Positions 30,575 to 38,384 of a DNA stretch of 64,000 bases are shown here, one piece after another. This DNA is from Candidatus Bathyarchaeota archaeon (GTDB lineage Archaea > Thermoproteota > Bathyarchaeia > Bathyarchaeales > Bathycorpusculaceae): assembly GCA_963739305.1 (NCBI GenBank), contig CAVTZU010000020.1:86043-150042 (forward strand), given 5' to 3'. The translations under genes were made by a program, and so were the position numbers. Each line of letters begins with the position of its first letter. Position 1 is the stretch's first letter. A model generated the notes under the pieces. It had not been told where the DNA came from, did not search any database, and worked only from the letters and a program-made list of their open reading frames with translations.

Positions 30575-30690
30575 TAGCGCATGAATATGGCTATACGTTG
30601 ACGGAGATCGGGAAACTAACGCCTTTTCAATTTCAGTTTCTCATCAATTGGTTGACCTGGTTGAACAAGCAGGTGAAGAATAGACTTTGA
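30505..30690 (+). CDS. -1 frameshift extension of the tail chaperone (gpT-like)
   Basis: -1 frame open: FPDTEAVQTWLNANKDAQYIGLIAHEYGYTLTEIGKLTPFQFQFLINWLTWLNKQVKNRL*; its TGA overlaps the TMP TTG start. Confidence 0.75.
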   Translation, partial: FFPDTEAVQTWLNANKDAQYIGLIAHEYGYTLTEIGKLTPFQFQFLINWLTWLNKQVKNRL

Positions 30691-31844
30691 GCGAAATTAA
30701 CATAGACGTCACCGCTACGGATGATGCTTCGGCCGTGATAGGGCAGGTAGCGTCGAACACTGCAGGCAGCATGGATGAAATCAAGAGTTCCAGCGAAAGC
30801 GTCACGAACGCCGTGAATCAAACAACGCAGAGTAGCCGACAAACAGCCTTAGCCTTCAACAATGTTGCAACTAGCGGCACTGCCCTGTACATGAGTTTTG
30901 AACGTGTCCAAAACAGTCAAGTCGCATTGGACCGCGCTAACTTGATGGTTCTAAAAAGCACGGAAAGTCTTGATCAAGCCCAAAAAAACTATAATGAAAC
31001 TGTCACAAAATACGGTGTCAACAGTGCACAAGCCAAAGATGCCTTAGACAAATTGAACATTGCACAGGAAGCACTTCGGGTCTCACAAGAACGTGCTGAT
31101 ATGGCACAGCGGAACTTGAATAATACGATGCTCAGTTCTGCGATGACTGTCATTCCAAGCCTAATAACAATGGTAAGCAGCCTCAGCAAAGCCTTAGGCG
31201 GATTATCAGGGATGTCTGAGACATTGAGCGGCATCGGATCCTCTGCAGGCGAAGCTGCAAGTGCTGTAGGGGTTGGGGGAGCAGCCGGCGCAGGCGCATT
31301 AGGAGCCGCTGCTGCAGTCGTGGCTATTCCTATCGCTGGACAATTCGCTGAGAGACAAGCTGCTGCTATCCAGGCAAACCCAGAACTCGAGGGGCTTATG
31401 ACGATCCGCGGTGGGGGAGCTATGCCAACTGGAACGGAAGTGTCCACAAGTACAGTTGGGCAAGTTCTCCAGCAGAGTACGCAAGCAACAACTGCAGTTA
31501 CAGCGGCAACCGATGCAATCACTCAAGCAGAAGCAACTCTCGCAATAATAGCGGAAAAAGGATATTTCAGTTATCCAGGAGTCACCTTTCAGCATGGCGG
31601 AATCGTAACGAGGCCGACCTTAGGGCTCGTTGGAGAAGCCGGACCAGAAGCAATCATTCCGTTGGATAAAATGAAGTCTGGCGTCACTATTCAAGGTCCA
31701 CTCATCAATGTTGAAGGCAGCGTTGACAGAGCGACAGCCGATTATGTTCTCAGTCAGATTGAGGCGAGACTGAAAAACATTATTCTGGACCCTTCATCTT
31801 CGCAGGCGCCTACTACTCACAAGAAAATTAGGTTTGGAGCCTAG
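30687..31844 (+). CDS. Short tape measure protein
   Basis: INIDVTATDDAS N-terminus, Ala/Gly/Ser-rich helices, C-terminal FQHGGIVTRPTLGLVGEAGPEAIIPL. Confidence 0.85.
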   Translation: MSEINIDVTATDDASAVIGQVASNTAGSMDEIKSSSESVTNAVNQTTQSSRQTALAFNNVATSGTALYMSFERVQNSQVALDRANLMVLKSTESLDQAQKNYNETVTKYGVNSAQAKDALDKLNIAQEALRVSQERADMAQRNLNNTMLSSAMTVIPSLITMVSSLSKALGGLSGMSETLSGIGSSAGEAASAVGVGGAAGAGALGAAAAVVAIPIAGQFAERQAAAIQANPELEGLMTIRGGGAMPTGTEVSTSTVGQVLQQSTQATTAVTAATDAITQAEATLAIIAEKGYFSYPGVTFQHGGIVTRPTLGLVGEAGPEAIIPLDKMKSGVTIQGPLINVEGSVDRATADYVLSQIEARLKNIILDPSSSQAPTTHKKIRFGA

Positions 31845-31848
31845 AAGC

Positions 31849-32856
31849 ATGCCACTTCTGACAGAGCAAGAACGCTTAATCATGTCTGACATCTCGCTCA
31901 TTGACGACACGACAGATTATCATACAGCCAGCTCAACCTTCGTAACATTGAATGACTATGGCAACGTAACCTTGCCAACCGCAGGAATCCTCTTAATAGC
32001 TTTTACAAGCACAAACTCAAGTGTCAACAACGGCAACATTAGAATCAAAGTCGGCTCAAAATATGTCTTGTCACTTTTCATAGTCAGCGGCAACGGAAGT
32101 CAAGCGGGAGCAATCTATCTCGCAGCTGGAACCTATGACATTCTCGCTGAAGGATGCGTAGGGGGAAACACCGTCCACATAAGCAACATGAAAGTCGGCT
32201 ATACAACCTTCAACGATCTGCAGGGCTCGGCTGAAGGCGTTTATAGTTCAAGCATTTCATTGACGGTGGCAAACCGTAAAACACCGGTGGGAGCTCTAAC
32301 TCAAGCAACATGGCTGGTTCAAGCCTTCGCCAACACGCCGTCTGGGCAGGCGAATTTTGAGAATGTTGGCGACAGCCTTACGAATGGCATCAGCATCACT
32401 ATCGATGGCGTTCAGGTGAGTTGGAATAGTCGACAGCAGGATGCTTTAAGTCAGGGAGCTGCAAGCGCGATCCTCGCCCTGCCCTATTCAGTTGGATCCG
32501 CGCATACGGTTGAAATCACCAAGAGAAACGCGAACACAGTCGTTAACATCAGCATAATCGCGTGCCCGTGGATTCTTTCATCCACCATCTACGAGCCCGT
32601 AGCCTTCGATTTCAGTCAAGGCTCAACCTACTACTGCACGTTGAACGCGTTGTTTACGGATCCCACTAAATTCATTGGAATAGGCATAGCCCGAGGCATC
32701 AGTTTCGGAGCAAGCTTCGACTATTACAACAGCAGTTCAGCCACCGGACTTTTGGCTTACAGCATCACGATGGACGTGTACGATGTGACGTACCTGATTT
32801 GTCAGGCCAGTGGATTAGGCGGTTGCATCGAAATTGTTGCTGCAGACATCAGGTGA
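31849..32856 (+). CDS. Tail-tip/receptor-binding-like beta protein
   Basis: Ser/Thr/Gly-rich beta protein directly after TMP; start taken at MPLLTEQ. Confidence 0.55.
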   Translation: MPLLTEQERLIMSDISLIDDTTDYHTASSTFVTLNDYGNVTLPTAGILLIAFTSTNSSVNNGNIRIKVGSKYVLSLFIVSGNGSQAGAIYLAAGTYDILAEGCVGGNTVHISNMKVGYTTFNDLQGSAEGVYSSSISLTVANRKTPVGALTQATWLVQAFANTPSGQANFENVGDSLTNGISITIDGVQVSWNSRQQDALSQGAASAILALPYSVGSAHTVEITKRNANTVVNISIIACPWILSSTIYEPVAFDFSQGSTYYCTLNALFTDPTKFIGIGIARGISFGASFDYYNSSSATGLLAYSITMDVYDVTYLICQASGLGGCIEIVAADIR

Positions 32857-32862
32857 CTTCAG

Positions 32863-33147
32863 ATGACGATCAAAATTAGCCAAGTTCAGACAAGCAGCGG
32901 CGAAATCGTGTTGACAGTGACCTATGATAATCCAAAGGGCTCGGGAAAACTCGTGTCGTATTCCCTTCATTACAGAGATCTTATTGATCGTCTTGTGCAG
33001 CTCAAGAGTCTTTTGGGACGAGCCCTAACACTCACAGATGCGCAGCAGGCTCTCGTAGAAATCATCAATGAAGTCCGCGCTAATCAGACAGGCGTTCCTC
33101 AAAACTTTGATTTCACACCTTACGTCGGGGTTGAACTTGAGACATGA
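32863..33147 (+). CDS. Hypothetical virion protein
   Basis: AGGTGA RBS; stop overlaps the next start. Confidence 0.55.
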   Translation: MTIKISQVQTSSGEIVLTVTYDNPKGSGKLVSYSLHYRDLIDRLVQLKSLLGRALTLTDAQQALVEIINEVRANQTGVPQNFDFTPYVGVELET

Positions 33148-33500
33148 CTGTGACGCTTGACGGCAAAACCTTGGATTGTAAGCGTCTGTCTGAAGATTAC
33201 GTGGCTATTAGCGTTCAATGGGACGCATGGGTCAATGCCGCGTACAAGAGGAAAATCAAGGTTTTTGGGGGAGCGCGAAAATGGAGGTTAGAATGCGTGG
33301 AGAATGGAGTTGTGTGGGCGAGCAGTAGCTGCAAGAGTTTTGAAGACTCTTTAGCGGCAGGATCAGCATTGACGTTTGCGGTTACGGATGAAGTGCGGGT
33401 GATTAGCACTTCAGTCTATGTTTTGGACGTGTCGATCGACGCTGCAGATCTTGGAGGAAAGAATATTCGGTATTTCACGTTAACTCTGCAGGAAGCATGA
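33144..33500 (+). CDS. Small distal-tail (Dit/gpM-like) protein
   Basis: MTVTLDGKTL...RKWRLEC...YFTLTLQEA pattern; position in tail module. Confidence 0.5.
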   Translation: MTVTLDGKTLDCKRLSEDYVAISVQWDAWVNAAYKRKIKVFGGARKWRLECVENGVVWASSSCKSFEDSLAAGSALTFAVTDEVRVISTSVYVLDVSIDAADLGGKNIRYFTLTLQEA

Positions 33501-33503
33501 TTT

Positions 33504-33707
33504 GTGGCTGCGGTGAAAGTGTTGGAGAAGTTTGCGAAAGAAAGGAAGTTTCGCCAGGAGTGGCTTAAGGCCTGGGAGCAGCTAGGGGCTCGGATTCTCC
33601 GGTTTCCGAAGTACATGCAAGCCATCATTCTTGAAGACGTGAACACGACCGTTGAGAATCGTGTTGCGACTATGGAAATGATTCTTGAAAGCATGAAGAG
33701 ACGGTGA
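33504..33707 (+). CDS. Small helical hypothetical protein
   Basis: 67 aa, tightly packed in the operon. Confidence 0.5.
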   Translation: MAAVKVLEKFAKERKFRQEWLKAWEQLGARILRFPKYMQAIILEDVNTTVENRVATMEMILESMKRR

Positions 33708-33713
33708 TCTGTT

Positions 33714-34111
33714 TTGATGAGACATAAAGATGGTTTAGAGAAGCAGTTGGCGAGTTGCAGTCCTGGAGACTTGGTTTGCGTGGACTGGACAGATGCGAGC
33801 ATTGGGAAGAGTTTGGGCAGCGGAATGGAGGTTGATGTTCCAGTGAAGAGCTGGGGCATCTTTGTGGGTGCGATAGGGAAAAACAGCAAACATATCATGC
33901 TGGCTCAAAACAATTTTGCGTACATGCGACGGCGTCTATGATATTGATTACACTGCGATTCCGGTTGCATGGATCAACATCCTTGACGGTGCTTGTCAAA
34001 AATCATTTGGCGCCTGAAGTTGCTAAGCATCTGTTAAATAGTTTCTTGATGGGCGGCAGACGTGCCCGATCCAAGGCGCAGCAGCGAATCTTCAATCATT
34101 CAACAGAATAA
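33714..34111 (+). CDS. Hypothetical SH3/Sm-like beta protein, frameshifted
   Basis: PGDLVCVDWTDAS...SWGIFVG; continues DGVYDIDYTAIPVAW...NHSTE* in shifted frames. Confidence 0.55.
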
Positions 34112-34121
34112 GCTGTTTTTG

Positions 34122-34377
34122 ATGAGAGATTGGATCAAGGAAGCTCTTACTCATAGAGCGGGGCCGAATAGCTCTCGTGGAAGGGTTAGAGTTGTGGTTG
34201 AACCGAGCCCGAAACTCGTTCTCTTAGTCAAATTTACGTTTGCTTGTATCGGTGTGCTTTCCTGCCTAGAAGCCGCTAAGTATTGCGTTTTTGGGCTCGT
34301 GGAATTATGAGGTTTTCGCTACGCTCTCAGGCTTGATCGGTACAGTTACCGGTGTACTGATCGGTCGTCATGCTTAG
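34122..34377 (+). CDS. Small 2-TM membrane protein (holin-like), frameshifted
   Basis: LVLLVKFTFACIGVLSCLEAA, then FLGSWNYEVFATLSGLIGTVTGVLIGRHA* in a shifted frame. Confidence 0.5.
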
Positions 34378-34504
34378 GGCTGAAAGCGGAGAGAGCTCTC
34401 CGTACTGCAAGTTTGAGCCTTCTCCTGTTTCGTGAATCCCTTCTTTGCGGGACCCTTGGAGCTCTCTTCGCCAGCACACATTTGCGGTAATAGAGGTGAT
34501 TTTC

Positions 34505-34984
34505 TTGGCAACTGTAAATGAGAAATTGTTAGCAGGTATCTTGGTTGCGGTAGTCATCATTCTGGGCAGTGTAGTTGCCGTCTTAATGATGAATCGCCCG
34601 GTCTCGAGTACCGGAAAGATCAAGGCTATCAACTGTGAAGTCTGGGCTGATGTCAACTGTACGATTAAGCTTCAGCAGATCGATTGGGGCGTCTTGTCGC
34701 CAGGCGACGTCGCTGCGGTAACGCTTTGGATCCAGAATATCGGAAACATCAACGGCACTTTAAGCTTCAACGTGACTGGCTGGCAATTCACGACGGTTAC
34801 GCCGAACTCTACTGTGCCGGCCAACGCGTCAAGCTACCTGGTTTATTCATGGAATTATTCGGGATCTGTCTTGAAACCGTTTGACGTCGTGCCCGTTCAG
34901 ATGCAGCTTGCGGTTGCGCCTACTATTCAGAACATTGGCCAATTTAACTGCACGATCAATATCTGGATCGCCGAGTTCAAGTAG
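34505..34984 (+). CDS. Secreted Ig-like protein, paralogue of 49589..50029
   Basis: GAGGTGA RBS + TTG; N-terminal TM; IDWGVLSPGD...WIQNIGN. Confidence 0.7.
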   Translation: MATVNEKLLAGILVAVVIILGSVVAVLMMNRPVSSTGKIKAINCEVWADVNCTIKLQQIDWGVLSPGDVAAVTLWIQNIGNINGTLSFNVTGWQFTTVTPNSTVPANASSYLVYSWNYSGSVLKPFDVVPVQMQLAVAPTIQNIGQFNCTINIWIAEFK

Positions 34985-35022
34985 GCTTTCTTTTCATGGT
35001 CATTTCTGCGTTTTGACAGGAG

Positions 35023-35472
35023 GTGAATGCAACGAGTCAGTTTAAAGTCAACAGTATACTAGCGGCGATAATCATCATCATAACGGTCGCTTTCATGTCC
35101 CTCGAGGTTCTGATCTGGACTGGTGAGCTTAAGGTCGAGGCGCTTGGAAACTTGAGTTACGGACTTGATAAACTGCTTGAGAACCCGGCTTTCGTTGGGT
35201 TACTAGCAACATTGATAGTCGGCGCGGGCAGTGGTTTCATGCAGAACGTCTTCAAGAAGAACGACACTTTTGACCTGAAGAAATTCGCTGAAACATTCTT
35301 CTATTACGTGCCACTGCTGATTCTCATCGGGCAATTTCTCCCAGTGAATTACAGTGCAGTTCTGCTGTTCGTCATCGATGCGTTCAGCCGCGTCCTGCTA
35401 AAACTCGTTCCGACTGCGACGGTTCCAACTGCGCCGTTGCCAACCGCGGCTGCTCCAACTGCCGCAAAGTAG
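35023..35472 (+). CDS. Multi-TM membrane protein (possible lysis/holin-like)
   Basis: About 4 hydrophobic helices; Pro/Thr/Ala tail. Confidence 0.6.
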   Translation: MNATSQFKVNSILAAIIIIITVAFMSLEVLIWTGELKVEALGNLSYGLDKLLENPAFVGLLATLIVGAGSGFMQNVFKKNDTFDLKKFAETFFYYVPLLILIGQFLPVNYSAVLLFVIDAFSRVLLKLVPTATVPTAPLPTAAAPTAAK

Positions 35473-35603
35473 CACCTTTCATTCCCCCTTTTCTTCGGGG
35501 TTCCCTTTTTGTTCATTCAATCGTCGAAAGTGAATACTATGAGTTTAGGAAAATCGAAGCGTAAAGAATTGCAGAAGAGAGTTAACAGGAAGAAGTGTGT
35601 GCG

Positions 35604-37085
35604 ATGAACCGTAGACGTGAGTTCTTCTGGATCCGGCAGGTTAAGAGGACTTACGATCGGAGCCTTGGAAAGTTTTCTTTCAACATTTCCTACAGCACAG
35701 CAGTGAGTATCACGCCTAGGACGACTGCTGTTGCAGACGCGTTCGGGCTTGGCCTTGATGAATCGCAGAAGTTCACGGTTCTTGATGTTGAATTGAAAAT
35801 AAAGCCAGGTGACATCGTCTACGTGACGGGCGACAGCGGCAGCGGCAAATCTGTCCTTTTGCGAGCTATCAAGCAAGACCTGGACCAAGAAGCTTTAGAC
35901 ATCGAAGACATCGTCGTCGACCCGACGAAACCGTTGATCGAGACCGTCGGCAAAACAGTTGAGGAAGGCCTAGAATTACTGGCCAAGGTTGGCTTATCGG
36001 ACGCATTCCTTTTCCTGCGAACCTTCGAGGAACTGAGCGACGGCCAAAAATACCGTTACAAGATTGCCAAGATGATGGAGAGCAAGCCTCGGTTTTGGCT
36101 ACTGGACGAGTTTGCCGCGACTCTGGACCGGGACACCGCGAAGATTGTTGCTTTCAACCTGCAGAAATGGGCTAGACGGGAGGGCAGATGCGTGGTTGCA
36201 GCAACAACGCACAGGGATCTTTTCGCAGATTTGCAACCCGACGTTCATGTCCACAAGCGTTTTGGCAAAGAAATTGAAGTCACATACAGTCGTCAACACG
36301 CGAGTGCTGAGTGCAGTCTCTTGAAAGACATGCGAATTGAGAAGGGTTCAATGAAGGAATGGGAAACGCTTTCCCACCTGCACTATCGTAGTCACAGAGT
36401 TCCGGCGCCAAGAAAAATCTTCTGCCTCAAGCGCGGTCGCGAAGAAGTATGCGGCGTAATCGTGTACAGTTATCCTGCAGTGACTTGTTTCGGGCGAAGG
36501 TTGATGCTTCCAAGAATGAGCATTAAAGAGCTGAACACCAGGCTGAGTAACATTAGCAGAATTGTTGTTCATCCGAAATACCGGACGATAGGGCTGGGCT
36601 CAAAACTCGTTAGGGAAACGCTGGACCTAGCTGGCACTCCCTATGTTGAGATGAGTGCGGTGATGGCAAAGTACAATCCGTTCGCTGAGAAAGCCGGCAT
36701 GCAAAAGGTTGCCGTGCAACAGCCACCGAAAGAAGCTGTGAAAATGCTTCAGGTCCTTGAAAACCTGAGGTTTAATCGTGAACTGCTAGGAAGCTCGAAG
36801 CATATTGCCGAAACCCTGAGGGGGCTGTCTCAAACTGAAGTTGCCCAATTGAAAACTGCCTTTGCCAAGTTTCGGCACACTAGGTTCAGCAAATCTTTCA
36901 GCCTCAGCCTGCCCTATGGTACGGTAGAAATGTATAGAAAACACATTCAGAAAGCAAGTTTGGAGAAGCTTGCTCTCTTGATCAGGATTTGCGGTTTCTT
37001 GATGCAGACTAAACAGTATCTTTTCTATCAAAGTGAACATGCAAATCCAAATGAAAACCACGGCAAGAATCAGCCAGCGCCCTAG
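35604..37085 (+). CDS. ABC-type ATPase fused to a GNAT (Mom-like) acyltransferase
   Basis: GDSGSGKS, LSDGQ signature, WLLDE, ATTH; then LHYR and ISRIVVHPKYRTIGLG acyl-CoA-binding motif. Confidence 0.85.
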   Translation: MNRRREFFWIRQVKRTYDRSLGKFSFNISYSTAVSITPRTTAVADAFGLGLDESQKFTVLDVELKIKPGDIVYVTGDSGSGKSVLLRAIKQDLDQEALDIEDIVVDPTKPLIETVGKTVEEGLELLAKVGLSDAFLFLRTFEELSDGQKYRYKIAKMMESKPRFWLLDEFAATLDRDTAKIVAFNLQKWARREGRCVVAATTHRDLFADLQPDVHVHKRFGKEIEVTYSRQHASAECSLLKDMRIEKGSMKEWETLSHLHYRSHRVPAPRKIFCLKRGREEVCGVIVYSYPAVTCFGRRLMLPRMSIKELNTRLSNISRIVVHPKYRTIGLGSKLVRETLDLAGTPYVEMSAVMAKYNPFAEKAGMQKVAVQQPPKEAVKMLQVLENLRFNRELLGSSKHIAETLRGLSQTEVAQLKTAFAKFRHTRFSKSFSLSLPYGTVEMYRKHIQKASLEKLALLIRICGFLMQTKQYLFYQSEHANPNENHGKNQPAP

Positions 37086-37117
37086 CAAAAGCTCCATCGG
37101 CAGTACTCTGCAAGAAA

Positions 37118-37142
37118 AAAAGACCGGGGGGTAGGGTCTTTT
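37118..37142 (+). terminator. Hairpin AAAAGACC-N9-GGTCTTTT after the last cluster gene
   Basis: 8-bp inverted repeat with G-rich loop, between convergent genes. Confidence 0.45.
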
Positions 37143-37231
37143 AGACTGGTTTTCAATCAAAACCCATGTTGAGTAGGCCCTCAGTCAACCAACTATTACT
37201 CCCATTTTTCTGCAAGCCGCTCAACGCGCAC

Positions 37232-37612
37232 TTATTCGATTGGACTGTTTCGGTCGAAGTAGCTTATCTCCTTCTCAACCTCAACCTGAAAACCAGACTT
37301 CACCAAGAAATCCTGCACCGTATGCACGTAGCTGTCGTGCGCGCCATAAGACACGTCCATCAGCCCCTTTCCAGCCGCACACGCGATTAACTCGATTCTC
37401 GTCTCACCGTCAGAAACCTCTTCCAGCGTGACCAACAACGCAGCATCGTTCTCCACCCTGAAAAAGTAGTGCTCACCAAGTATCACTCCTCTCAGCGATT
37501 CACCAGGCTTGCCGACCTTCCTCGCGTAAATGTCGCCGAACTCCGAGCTTAAAGCCTCAAACACTTTGTCAAAAGAGTCCCTAACCATGCACCTCAAATA
37601 GTGAGAGGTCAT
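37232..37612 (-). CDS. Hypothetical protein (DUF6054-like)
   Basis: GEHYFFRVENDAALLVTLEE...IELIACAAGKG. Confidence 0.55.
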   Translation of the reverse strand: MTSHYLRCMVRDSFDKVFEALSSEFGDIYARKVGKPGESLRGVILGEHYFFRVENDAALLVTLEEVSDGETRIELIACAAGKGLMDVSYGAHDSYVHTVQDFLVKSGFQVEVEKEISYFDRNSPIE

Positions 37613-37816
37613 GCCTGATTATCCCTCAAGTTAATCTGTTGCAGTTCATACGCTTAAAAGAGTTGTTCAAATTGTCCAGCGCGCGCAAAGTAGCCTGGAT
37701 CCGTTTCGGCGCAGCCATTTGAATATGTCTCTCTTCATCTTGTTCTGTTTTGTGTACCATGGTGTTCTGATGCATAGGATTTTGAACAACCGAGTAGATC
37801 TAACACCGAGAGTCTT

Positions 37817-38347
37817 ATGGACAAGTCAAGTTTGAGCGCCTTCTTCAGCGATTTACTATACGTGTTTGGACTTGCAACTCTGTTGATGTCCGCTGTTTTG
37901 CCGTTCCTGACCGTTTCGCCCAGATCATTCATTCACCTCAACTGGCCTGGCACCATCGTTTTTCCTCAACAAGATTTCTCGACCTTCAAGATGACGTATG
38001 ATCCCAGCTTTTATCCTCAATCCTACTATTTTGGCGATTACTGGTTTCGAGAGAAGTGGTTGACAACTCATTCGTTCCTGCCTGTTTCATACGCCCTTGT
38101 CGCGGCGTTTGTTTTGCAGATTATGACGTTGACCGTGGGATTCGGCGTTTTTTTGATGAAACGACTTCTCAGAGTCGTTCCTTTAATTTTATGCCTGGCC
38201 ATTATTCTTCTGCTGACCTGGATTGTATTTTCCGTTTGGACTGACGGGAGGTACAGCTGGAATGTGGCTATTGGGTATTGGCTCAATTTTCCTTCGCCCC
38301 TGCTTGTCATGTCATCTGTTATCCTGAAAAGAAATACGAAGACCTAG
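37817..38347 (+). CDS. 4-TM membrane protein
   Basis: Four hydrophobic segments; C-terminal IGYWL. Confidence 0.65.
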   Translation: MDKSSLSAFFSDLLYVFGLATLLMSAVLPFLTVSPRSFIHLNWPGTIVFPQQDFSTFKMTYDPSFYPQSYYFGDYWFREKWLTTHSFLPVSYALVAAFVLQIMTLTVGFGVFLMKRLLRVVPLILCLAIILLLTWIVFSVWTDGRYSWNVAIGYWLNFPSPLLVMSSVILKRNTKT

Positions 38348-38384
38348 GACATTCATGTACGAAGAATGGTTGATGGGATAGAGG

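Larger units (their letters stand above)
18706..37142 (+). mobile_element. Head-tail virus-derived morphogenesis cluster (provirus remnant or GTA-like element)
   Basis: About 25 co-directional, tightly packed genes in canonical terminase-portal-protease-MCP-neck-tail order; no integrase or replication genes seen. Confidence 0.85.

Noticed and set aside
19363-33898. Many minus-strand ORFs within the viral cluster (e.g. 19574-20236, 20796-21554, 22228-22992) as hidden integrase or replication genes
   Set aside because: They are antisense shadows of well-supported plus-strand genes and show no recognisable motifs.
35604-37085. ABC transporter ATPase
   Set aside because: No cognate permease or binding-protein operon, and it is fused to a GNAT domain.
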